A stretch of DNA of 64,000 nt from Octopus sinensis (lineage: Eukaryota): NCBI RefSeq assembly GCF_006345805.1, contig NW_021833263.1, positions 15,693 through 79,692 of the forward strand, read 5' to 3'. Within the stretch, counting starts at the first letter, position 1. Each line of letters starts with the position of its first letter. Below the pieces are notes generated by a model. That model worked only from the letters and a program-made list of their open reading frames with translations, was not told the DNA's origin and searched no databases. Of this stretch, positions 53,375-64,000 are shown piece after piece. The position numbers and the translations under genes are program-made.

Positions 53375-54166
53375 GGATCTGCTGAGTTTTGATCATAGAT
53401 TTTTTAACTAAACAGTTTAAAACTTCGTATACTGGTGGAATTTCTCACGTTGAACACGGTTTACTTTCAACACTTTTGACAAAATTTCGTATCGCAGAAG
53501 TTATTTCGTGTTAAATTTGTCGTATTTAGTTAATTTTAACCAATCAACGACGAGTATTCAGCTGAAGAGTGTTACTGCTGAAGTAATCGAATAAGAACAA
53601 CTTCCGGGTCATCTCTAATAGATGTCACCACCCTGTTCTATTTTATGTTTGTTTACTGCCTGTGTTGTATATTACACGCTTTGTTTTTTTTTTATTCTCG
53701 CGTTGGAGTAACCAGTAAACATTGAAGAATCAATAGAAAGAAGGAAGAAATATTATTTACACATACTTATTCGTTTACCTGGCATATATTTAGAGATACA
53801 GCAGTAATTGTAGTAGCAGTGACAAATTCACTCGCTGGTTGGTAGCTGACAGTGTAGAAGTGGTTGTCTGCCCTTCGCTTGACATACGAATAGAATAGGG
53901 TGGTGACATTTATTAGAGATGACCCGGAAGTTGTTCCTCTTCGATTACTATCGCAAATAGTAGTAGCTTTCTTCAACTGAATACACGTCGCTGATTGGAT
54001 TAAATTACCCAAATACGACAATGTTAACACGAAATAACTTCTAAAACACGAAATTTTGTCAAAAATGTTGAAAGTGAACCGTGTTCAGCATGAGAAATTA
54101 CACGAGTATACGAAGTTTCAAACTGTTTACTTAAAAAAAAATCTGTGAGCGAAACTGAACAGATCC
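53375..54166. mobile_element. Merlin-like MITE with ~280-bp TIRs and a perfect 8-bp TSD
   Basis: AATGGCGT|GGATCTG...CAGATCC|AATGGCGT; arms ~53375-53648 and ~53881-54166. Confidence 0.9.
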
Positions 54167-54577
54167 AATGGCGTTACTTGTTTTTATATAAAATCTGTCA
54201 CATTTAGTGTCCAGTCACACCTATTATTTACAGAAACATTACATATATCTATATATCTATATGTCCATCACATCCTTGCCAACTGCATTAAGATATTTTA
54301 ATGAAATGCATTCCATCCATGCGGTGCGTTGTTTCTTTTCTGCGTTTTACTAAGACCTGTGTAGTTACGTATCTTCCTCATGTGTTGCAGTATACTGTGC
54401 TGAATGATGATCTTCTATGGTAAAACTGCCGTTTTCTAGGCAACTGGTAAACAGCTTTGCCTTTCAGTCATGTTAGTCGCACACATGTTAGTGGGACACT
54501 CTGACCACCTGATGTTGGATCTAGATCCTCTGACTTTAGCTGCGTCTTGTTTACTGTTGATTTTTCATTATTGGTTT

Positions 54578-54610
<33 letters not shown>

Positions 54611-54636
54611 ATAGTAGTAGTAGTAGTAGTAGTAGT

Positions 54637-54671
<35 letters not shown>

Positions 54672-55256
54672 AACTAGTAGTCGTCTCAGTAGGAACAGTC
54701 GGTAGACTCAGGGACATTGTGTGAGGCTTTACAGACACCGTGTGATTCTCATCCCACCCGTTATACAGAATCATCTGTCTTTTCTTTTAGCTTTCTTTTC
54801 TCTTCCACTTGTTTCCTCCCTCTCTCACTCGCACCTTCGAACGCTTTTATTATTTCTACCTTTTCCAGATTTCACTGGCTGACGCTACTCTGAAATTTCT
54901 CTTTTCTCTGATGCTATCCGGTTGGTTGATATTTTAGGTGTCTGTATTTCTCTCTTACTTGTTGATCACACATTCTGAAAAATATGGCGGTAGGAATCAA
55001 GAAAATGATTTCCCCAACAGCACATGGAGCTCTTCTCGGTACGAAAAGACACACCAACTGATTCCTACCTAACATGACATCCATAGTCCGATAACCTCAT
55101 CACGTGGAACAGTTTTCAGTCTTCATATCACTGCCTGTCGTTACGGAGTTGACGAGTCCTACAGGTTGTCGACCATCTGATAACTTATGGCTGCTTCTAG
55201 AGTCTTCTCTCAAACATAACTTGCTCACATGATCTGAACTTACCAATGAAGAATCC

Positions 55257-55600
55257 GGATCTAGTCTTTCTCATTCGCAAAATGAGCCCTCCTTAATTTT
55301 GCTCAGATTGCTTTCAATTTTGGTGCATCGATGCAACTCTGAATTTTTATTATGACCAAGCAATTACTTTATCTCGTAGATTAAAGAATCTGATGTTATT
55401 TGGAATTATGATGTTATTTGGAATTAAACTTTGGGTAATTTTAACCAATCAGCAGACAGCTTGGCATAAGTAGCTTATTACCATGACAACCGCACGTTGT
55501 GTTATGATTTACTGTTGTCTGTGCCGCTGTTGTCTATGTTGATTTTTTACACTTGATTCTTCACACCACGAAATTCCTTTCTCCCGCGTGTTTTGTTTTA
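55257..55600 (+). mobile_element. GGATCT-initiated transposon end (solo), copy 2
   Basis: Homologous to 43984-44300, with a short internal duplication (TGATGTTATTTGGAATTA x2). Confidence 0.65.
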
Positions 55601-55851
55601 AATTTTCTGTGTGTTAGTATATTACATGTTTTTCTGTGCTTCTGTGTGTTAGTATTTTCCGTATTGGATTTGGTTTGCAAGATTTCTTATGTGAGTTCGT
55701 GTGTTGAAGCATATTTTGTTGTGTCTGGAGAGAGTCATTCTCTTTTTGTGCCTTATAATTTAACACACTCACCGGTAAAATTTCCACTTATTTCTTTTTT
55801 ATTTTTCTAAACTTCTCGTTGCGTCTTGCAACCTTTTCAACAGTTTTGACA

Positions 55852-55892
<41 letters not shown>

Positions 55893-55989
55893 CACACACA
55901 CACACACACTCACACATATATTTATATATGTGTGTGAGTAGACAAACGAAAGAAGGGCACTCAACACATTTATTGGGAGTTACACGCAT

Positions 55990-56120
55990 GGATCAAAACA
56001 GTTTGATTCAAACTCTTTGGTACTCCGAGCTTCAAGCGTGATGCTAATCCTCGGCTGTTGGATTAGCACCACTCTTGAAACACAAAGTACCTAGGAGTTT
56101 CAATTAAACTGCTTTCATCC
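55990..56120. repeat. 131-nt imperfect fold-back (MITE- or pre-miRNA-like)
   Basis: TTCAAG-C-GTG-A-TGCTAATCC / GGATTAGCA-C-CAC-T-CTTGAA around a 9-nt loop. Outer stems GGTACT/AGTACC, AAACTC/GAGTTT and CAGTTT/AAACTG. Confidence 0.75.
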
Positions 56121-56865
56121 ATATATTCATATCTGTGTGCATGTGTGTATGTATGTATGTGTGTAGGCGCGCGCACACATACATATATATGTAGTTTTAT
56201 ACTTATATATGTAAGCACACACATTAACATACGAACACACACACGTATACGAACATGGGTATATATGTATGAATGTACATGTGTGTACGTGTATGTACAA
56301 GTGTGCGAATTGATGAATGTATGTGTGTATGCATATGAATGTATATGTATTTGTGCGTGTATATATATATATATATATTATATATATATATATATTTATT
56401 TATTTATATTTGACTGTGCGTATATATGCCATATGATTATGTATATATGGGTTTACGTATGTGTATTTATACACCTGTATGTATATACATATATATGTAA
56501 ATACATATGTGTCTATATGTTATGCTTTGTTTATCTCCTGACTCTCGCTGCGCAGTGTGCTACAATCGTGTTCAAACAAAGTATTATGTTTCAATGCGAG
56601 GATAACAACTGCGATGACGTCAGCAATGAATGAGACCGAAACAGCGACAACCACCGCGACGATGACGACGATCACAATAGCAGCAATGTCGGAATTACAA
56701 CCGACGTCATAATGGTCCTATGACAACAACAACAACAGCAGTAGCAGCAGGAACAAACAGAAGGAAAGCGTAATCACGTTATATTGCAATCTCCAATTAC
56801 ATTTGTAAGGAAAGCAATCACACAGGCGTATACAAACGTACACATATATAGATATACGTCAATAA

Positions 56866-56926
<61 letters not shown>

Positions 56927-56927
56927 C

Positions 56928-56986
<59 letters not shown>

Positions 56987-57063
56987 ACGCAAACATTTGA
57001 TGTACACAAAACACAGGAACGCGAATATTGTGTGTGTATGCGGCATGTATGTGTGTATTTGCC

Positions 57064-57104
<41 letters not shown>

Positions 57105-57266
57105 GGAGCAGGTGTGTGGTGGGTGGCGTCCTTCCCAACCGCATGATTCTAGGTTCAGTCAAGCTGTGTGGCATATTAGGCAAGTGTCTTCTACTATGGC
57201 CTTGGGCCGTCCAAAGCCTTGTGAGCGGATTTTGTAGACGGAAACAGAAGAAGACCTTCGTATATA

Positions 57267-57317
<51 letters not shown>

Positions 57318-57537
57318 TATATATAGGAGCAGGTGGTGTGGTGGGTGGCGTCCTTCCCAACCGCATGATTCTAGGTTCAGTCAAGCTGTGTGGCATATAA
57401 GGCAAGTGTCTTCTACTATGGCCTTGGGCCGTCCAAAGCCTTGTGAGCGGATTTTGTAGACCGGAAACAGAAAGAAGACCTTCGTATATATATTTATATA
57501 TATTATATATATATATATATATAATATATATGTATAT

Positions 57538-57576
<39 letters not shown>

Positions 57577-57780
57577 GTATGTATGTATGTATGTATGTAT
57601 ATTGTATGTGTGTGTGTATATGTTTGTGTGTCTGTGTTTACGTCCCCGCAACTTAGCGTTTCGGCAAGAGAGCCCGATAGAATAAGTACTAGACATAGGA
57701 AGAATAAGTCCTGGGGTCGATTTGATCGACTAAAGGCGGTGCTCCAGCATGACCGTAGTAAAAGAATAAAAGAATAAAAG
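57105..57780 (+). mobile_element. SINE family B with tandemly duplicated head (221-bp offset)
   Basis: Heads at 57105 and 57326 share private variants (GTTCAGTCAAGCTGTGTGGCATA); a single body/tail lies at ~57625-57780. Confidence 0.88.
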
Positions 57781-57793
57781 AGTATATCTATTA

Positions 57794-58535
57794 CAGGGTG
57801 TGCCAAAATTAAGACGGCCAACTTCTTTCAATTTTGCCTAAACAAAATATTGTCATATTTCGAGTCCGAGTGTTGCAATGCAATGGTAAAGGAAACACTA
57901 TTATGACACTACTACATTTATTCGATATGACCAAATCTCTTCCTAATCACAGCTTTAACTCTAGGTGCAAATGCTTCACTCGCGGTACACAGCTTTACTT
58001 GCGGAATCGAAGCCCATTCCTAGCGCTGTTTTGCCTTCAGAGCGTCGAGGAAAGCATGAATAAGGCTCGACATCCGCATCTCCAAATTGGACTCAACAGA
58101 AAAAACCCAACGGGTTGAGATCGGGGCTTCTTAGGGCCATACATCCTTGCCTATGAACGAGAGAGTATTGTTCTGAATCCAGTGTTGTGTAGGTTTGAAG
58201 CTGTAGGATGGTGCCGATTTCTTTTCGAGGCTCCAAGTTGCGCCTTGCTGTGGCAGCAAGTTTTCTGACAGAAAGATGAGGCTTTCACCGTATCTTTTCG
58301 CTTCTTTTTCGCCCATGTACAGGTCGATCAGTGGTGGAACCAGTCTCTTGAATTTTCTTAACAATTTTCCTGACTGTTGTTCGGTTAATTTTCAGCTTTT
58401 TTACTATACCTCTTTGCGGAGGGTTAAGATTGTTTTCGGTTTATAGCTATTATCTAACTTATAATTTTCGTATCTTATATTCATTGACAGTTATTAAAGA
58501 CCGAAACTTCTGTTGCCTTACAATCGGGACTCACT

Positions 58536-58536
<1 letters not shown>
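57794..58536 (-). mobile_element. Internally deleted maT/DD37D-type element, copy 2
   Basis: TA|CAGGGTGTGCCAAAATT terminus; APSYSFKPTQHWIQNNTLSFIGKDVWP..SPDLNPL; homologous to 39438-40331. Confidence 0.85.
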
Positions 58537-58594
<58 letters not shown>

Positions 58595-58721
58595 TATATA
58601 TATATATGTGTGTGTATATCGTCATATCGTCTGTAAATCATAAATCCGAAAGAGAAGTACACTTTGGAGATATAGAGCAGTGGAGTATTTAGATAAAGAT
58701 AGTTATGGCCGGTAGCCATTA

Positions 58722-58780
58722 GAGTTTGACGAAACGTGTGTAAAGCAAGCATTTTATGCACGCGAAACTCTGGGTTACTT
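58722..58780 (+). ncRNA. Degenerate type I hammerhead-like motif with long helix II
   Basis: GAGT TTGACGA A ACGTGTGTAAAG..TTTTATGCACGC GAAAC TCTGG GTT ACTT. Confidence 0.4.
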
Positions 58781-58808
58781 ACGAACCAGCCAGAACTATC
58801 TTTATTTT

Positions 58809-58843
<35 letters not shown>

Positions 58844-59617
58844 ACCTCTCTCTCTGTATTTACATATATATATATATATAAACCGACAATGAAAACATAC
58901 GGACAGGTGGACAGGATGGAATATTCGTGGATTTCTATTCATCAGTCAAGCTTCCAATCATCATCAGTTTCGGCCAGTTACACTTCAGACTTCAAAATTG
59001 ATAGGCCCCAAAAATTTAAGCTAAGAGCATTAAATTTTGGGAAGAAAGCGGGCGAATATGTGCGACAACACGGACGACAAAAAAACGAGAAAATGGAGAA
59101 AATGTTACATGATTACAAATACAAACAACAAGAATAACAACAGATATGTTTCGACTAAAAGGACAACTAAAATTAATCTGGCGTGTGAAGTGGAAGCCTT
59201 ACGGCAACAAACATAGATGAAAGTCAGGAGACAGGAAAATGTGTTGTGAAACCGGCGGTCAGGCCAAGAAAGAAGGATCATGCTTGGCCAGTCACGTGGG
59301 AGGAACAGAGAGAGGAAGGGAACAGAGGGCTTGAAGAATTAGGGGAGGAACTAGAGAGAGAGGGAGAGAGGGAAAGATACAAGGGAGATAACAGAGGTAA
59401 GTAAAGAGATTAAAGAAAGAGAATGCTAAGAAATGTGAGAGAAGAGGTGAGAGAAAAAGAGAAATGGAAAGAAAGAGAATGTCAAGAAAGTGACAGAGGG
59501 GGAGCGACAAAAAGATAAGAGGAAATAAAGAAGAAAGTCGTACATAATTTAGATATATGCTAACTTACAAGCTGAGCAAAAGGTGTACGTACGCTGCTAT
59601 ATGTATATATAAATCCA

Positions 59618-60025
59618 GGCGCAAACGTGACTGCATGGTAAGAAGTTTGCTTCCCAACCACATGGTTCCGGGTTCAGTCCCACTGCACCTTGGGCAAGTG
59701 TCTTCTACTACAACCTCGGGCCGACCAAAGCCTTGTGAGTGGATTCTGTAAACGAGATCTGAAAGAAGCCCGTGATATATCTATCTATCTATATATATAT
59801 ATATGTATTTATATTTGTGTGTTTTTGTGCCTGTGATTGTCCCCCAACCACCATTGCTTGACAACCGGTATCAGTGTGTTTACGTCCCCGTAACTTAGCG
59901 GTTCGGCAAAGTAGGCCGATGGAATAATTACTAGGCTTAGAAAGAATAAGTCTTGGGGTCGATCTCTTCGACTTTAATCCTCTAAGACGGTGCTTAGTCA
60001 ATTTACTGAAACAAGTAAAAGAATA
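59618..60025 (+). mobile_element. CORE-type SINE family B, full length
   Basis: GGCGCAAACGTGACTGCATGGTAAG head, B-box GGTTCAGTCC, and CACCTTGGGCAAGTG resembling the MIR/CORE GACCTTGGGCAAGT; internal microsatellite and tail. Confidence 0.9.
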
Positions 60026-60068
60026 GATAGATCCTTTTAAATAATAACTATAATTGTATATTATTTAT

Positions 60069-60273
60069 GGACCGAACCACAGGGGATTGAACACAACATC
60101 AATACTTACATGGCTCCGTACGCACCCAATTCAGCCACATAGCCCACCTATCAATTTTAGCCAATATATTTTTAGAATTGGCTGAAATTGATAGGTGGGT
60201 TATGTAACTGACTTGGGTACTTACAGAGCCATGTAAGCATTGATGTCGTGTTCAAATCCTAGTGGCTCGATCC
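60069..60273. mobile_element. 205-bp fold-back MITE with GG termini
   Basis: Arms pair over ~95 bp (e.g. CCCACCTATCAATTTTAGCCAAT / ATTGGCTGAAATTGATAGGTGGG), loop 60166-60176; no convincing TSD. Confidence 0.8.
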
Positions 60274-60459
60274 ACTTTTTTCAGTCATTTGTTTTGGTTT
60301 AGCCGCTTTAATGGAGCATATATTATTATACAAATGCTATAGAATTATACTTATGTATGTATGTATGTATGTATGTATGTATGTATGTATGTATGTATGT
60401 ATGTATGCGCATATTTATATATATCTGAGCCGTCACGTGTTTCAATAGAATTGATGAGA

Positions 60460-60690
60460 CATTCTACATCACTTGCAGGCCTAATATGGAAACTAAAAGA
60501 TGATAGAATAAAATATAGTACTATTTGGTCCATCATAAAAAACGCGCTTCCATTTCATACTTTGTTGGGGAACGGCCATCTATGCTCTGAGGAATCCCTC
60601 AACATTTTGTTGAGCGATGAGAACTTTGTCAAAAGATTCTCCAATACACTTATAAGATGTAATTACCGACACAAGTACACATTTTCATGA
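60460..60690 (+). mobile_element. Penelope-like GIY-YIG C-terminal remnant
   Basis: HSTSLAGLIWKLKDDRIKYSTIWSII...GHLCSEE...IRCNYRHKY matches the PLE pattern HSTxLSxYIWxLKxxxIxYxIxWxII...CxLCxxEK...CRHxxK. Confidence 0.75.
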
Positions 60691-60879
60691 TATCACAGGG
60701 ACAAGTATCAATTGTGACTGTCACTAGTTAACAGTGCCTGTGACTTGTTACGGGAACACTGAGACTCGTAGGAGAGGAGTGAGGAATCTATCTTCACACC
60801 GGAAACTAGCCAGAATATTTGCAACAGAATGGTCGCTGTTAGACCACTCAAAGACCAGATATTGATGCTAAACCGAGTG

Positions 60880-61075
60880 ATGAGTAACGTCTGGCCCTTA
60901 ATTGGGCCGGGGCGGGATTTGAACGCAGAATGCAAAGACCCATCACAAATACTGACGCTCGTACAGATTCTCCAGTCCACCGTCCGACTTTTTTAGTGAC
61001 CCACAAAGGAAGAAACTATAAATTGTGACCTCGGGGGAATTTGAACACAGAATGTAAAAACAAATACCGCATGAG
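60880..61075 (-). mobile_element. Two degenerate SINE-A-like heads
   Basis: GGCGGGATTTGAACGCAGAATG and GACCTCGGGGGAATTTGAACACAGAATG. Confidence 0.5.
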
Positions 61076-61713
61076 TTTTCGAAAAATATTCTGCAAACTA
61101 TAGGTTGTTAAAACGGCAGCAAATTTGATGGAAGTGAAATAGAGAAGATTGGAGTGTGAGATATTTAATAACAAAGCTGTTGTTGTTGTTGTTGTTATTG
61201 TTGATAGTGCTGGTGATGGTGTTGGCCGTGTCCAAGAGAGTGTTGGTGGTGGAGGAGGAGACCGTGTCCAAGACAGTGGTGGTGGTGGTGGTGGTGGTCA
61301 TCGAAGTGACGGTGACGCAGAGAATGTTGATAGTGGTGGTGTAGAGAGTGTTGATAGTGGTAGCTGAGGGAGGGTGGTGAAGGGGATGTTGGTGTTGGAG
61401 CACTAGCAAGAATTATAAAACTTTACAGGAATTCGTTGCATAAAGAAGCATAAAAATTAAACGAAAAACAATATCTTTTAGAATTAAGGTTTAACGTTGA
61501 TCATGTGAATTGGTGTGGATGGTATGATATAACTTTGATAAAAAAAATACCCGTTTTACAAAATTCTAAATATGTTTGCTCAAACTTGAATTGAGTCACA
61601 CGAAATTATTATGGAGCAAATTTTCTAGACGTCCAGAATGTTTCAACTTGATTAGACAGTACTCAATCAATTTCCAAACAACAAGATGTTTCTATTATTA
61701 TTAAACAGACGAA

Positions 61714-61912
61714 TGCGGTGGGTTGACAACATCGACAGCACGCCGTACAAAATGCTTAGCTGCATTTCGTCCGTGTTTGCATTCTGAGATCTAATTCCGC
61801 CGACGTTGACTTTACAATTTATCCTTTCTGGGTCGATAAAATCAGTACCAATCTAAAACTAGCTCTGTCCCTTCTGCAAAATTTCAGGCCTTGTGTCTTG
61901 GTAGAAAGAAAT
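61714..61912 (+). mobile_element. SINE family A
   Basis: AAAATGCTTAGCTGCATTTCGTCCG...GGGTCGATAAAATCAGTACC. Confidence 0.8.
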
Positions 61913-61930
61913 AATTATTCTCGCGTACAA

Positions 61931-62132
61931 GGCAGCGAGCTGGCAGAATCTTTAAGCAAGCCACATTATGCTTAGCGACATTTCGTCCGTCTTTACGTTT
62001 TGAATTCAAATCCTGCAGACGTCGATTTTACCTTTCATCCTTTCAGGGATGATAAAATAATAATCAGTTGAGCACTAGGGTAGATATAAGCAACTAGCCC
62101 CTTCCTTCAGGACTTGTACCTATCGTAGAAAT
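61931..62132 (+). mobile_element. SINE family A
   Basis: GGCAGCGAGCTGGCAGAATC...GAATTCAAATCC...CCTTTCATCCTTTC. Confidence 0.85.
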
Positions 62133-62776
62133 TATTATTATTAATATTAGACTGGCAGATATTTCAAGACAATTGCTGACAGGGATTTTAAGAACATTTG
62201 TAAATGCGAATGATTTTAGATATTTTGAGAAGTCTGTTAGTACTATGTGCAAATATGATCTACTTTGGCCTAATTTTAGGACTACACTGGATTTCCTCTA
62301 GGATCACATTGGTCCAAAATATACAAGGTATCCAGTGAAATGTTACAAAAGAAAATAGGAATTTTTTCACATTTACTCTAGAGTAATCTATCCGATGGTT
62401 TAACAACTCTGCAACTTCGTCATTTGGTTGTCTTATACATATGCATACATACACGCACGCACACATTCATACATAAATACATACATACATACATACACAC
62501 ACACATACATACATAAATACATACAGACAGACAGACAGACATACAGACACACACACACACACTCTTGTAAATATAGTATGAGTGTGCAATAACATTTTGT
62601 AAGCAAACTTTATTTGGACGCGTCGAATGTTTCATATTTAACAGATGGCTGTCTACTGGCAACTTTTTCCGTCTTATAAAGATGGAATAACCAATCTTTC
62701 TGCTGTTTTCACGGTTCTACTGTGTTCGAGTATGTGTCTGTGTATATACATATATACATACATGCATACATACGTG

Positions 62777-62824
<48 letters not shown>

Positions 62825-62912
62825 CGGAGAGAGAGAAAGATTTGATATATATATATTACATATATATTACACATCCTCACACACACTCATCTATTCATCT
62901 ACATAATATATA

Positions 62913-63112
62913 TATTTCTTACTACCCACAAGGGGCTAAACATAGAGGGGACAAACAAAGGGATTAAGTTGATTACATCAACCCCAGTGCGTAACTGGTA
63001 CTTAATTTATCGACCCCGAAAGGATGAAAGGCAAAGTCGACCTCGAACGTAACGACAGACGAAATACCGCTAAGCATTTCGCCTAGCGCGCTAACACTTC
63101 TGCCAGCTCGCC
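62913..63112 (-). mobile_element. SINE family A, well conserved but with the B-box segment deleted
   Basis: GTCGACCTCG joins directly to AACGTAACG, lacking the GCGGAATTTGAACTC segment seen in other copies. Confidence 0.9.
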
Positions 63113-63185
63113 TATATATATATATATATATACTGGAAAGCAATATTCTAGTATTGCATTACTAATTTATATATATATATATATA

Positions 63186-63230
<45 letters not shown>

Positions 63231-63419
63231 CACATAGAATATTAGTTAAGATCAGTCCAAATCTTGTTTAGAGAACACTCGTGAAGTATTCAACAAGATT
63301 TTGGAAAATAACTATATATATATATATATATACATGCATATGTACATACCTACAATATATGTACATATAAATATCAATACTATATATATATATATATAGA
63401 TATATATATATATCTATAT

Positions 63420-63465
<46 letters not shown>

Positions 63466-63505
63466 ACATATACTACATACATATTATATAGATATATATA
63501 TATAG

Positions 63506-63550
<45 letters not shown>

Positions 63551-63583
63551 CATACACACACACATGTATATATATATAACATA

Positions 63584-64000
63584 CAGTTGCGACTAAAATG
63601 TTCAGAACGGCATTGTTTTCGTCAGAAAAGTAGGTTTAAGTTTTTATCAAAGTTGTTTTATATTCTATAATTTTTACAGACAATAAATACAATATTAGTT
63701 GTTATTGTCTGAGATTTTGGTATAATTTAAGAGGATAATACAAAAGTTATGGATGATTTAGTGATTTACTGCAAAACCCATGGCGGCCAAAATGATCAGA
63801 ACGACTGAAAAAAATAACAAAATAATCAAAAATGACAGAGAATACTGGAATTATTTAATATTTAGTGTGAAGCCCTTTAGTTTCAATCACACTTTGACAT
63901 CTTCGACTGCATGAGGAAATTAAATTTTCAATTTCTTCCTGGGTGATCGTATTTCATTCTTCCCGAAGGGCATCCCATAATTGCTCGGTTGTTTTAGGAT
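63584..64000 (-). mobile_element. Tc1 element 3' end with IR/DR-type terminus (continues beyond the window)
   Basis: TA|CAGTTGCGACTAAAATGTTCAGAACG at 63584 and inner repeat GCGGCCAAAATGATCAGAACG at 63783-63803. Minus-strand C-terminus PKTTEQLWDALREE*NTITQEEIENLISSCSRRCQSVIETKGLHTKY* with the stop at 63855-63857. Confidence 0.9.

Noticed and set aside
54869-54920. Plus-strand exon ISLADATLKFLFSLMLS after a strong pyrimidine tract
   Set aside because: Weak donor (GTTGGT), pyrimidine-rich background and no homology.
58930-58990. Additional hammerhead halves (GGCCGAAAC; CTGATGAATAGAAA) on the minus strand
   Set aside because: No helix II or NUH/helix I can be formed.

Overview
AT-rich eukaryotic intergenic or intronic DNA made mostly of microsatellites and decayed transposable elements. 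The SINE repertoire looks like that of octopod cephalopods (Octopus-like; my inference from recognised repeat families, not a database hit). I found no recognisable host protein-coding gene, rRNA, true tRNA gene or CRISPR array. Nearly all ORFs in the supplied track are microsatellite translations or TE remnants. DNA transposons: Tc1 (x2), mariner, two internally deleted maT/DD37D-type elements, GG-terminated fold-back MITEs (two with 8-bp TSDs, Merlin-like) and two non-autonomous Helitrons. Retroelements: Penelope-like (PLE) remnants, RTE, CR1-like, Tx1/L1-like and R4/Dong-like LINE fragments, and three tRNA-derived SINE families. The most interesting signals are: (i) minimal hammerhead-ribozyme motifs in small (TA)n-embedded repeats; (ii) apparent microsatellite-specific targeting, with Tx1-like elements in (TCTA)n, R4/Dong-like in (AAT)n and PLE-derived repeats in (TA)n; (iii) several long fold-back hairpins; (iv) three local tandem duplications with breakpoints in simple repeats. 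Everything was read by eye, so boundaries of decayed elements are approximate.
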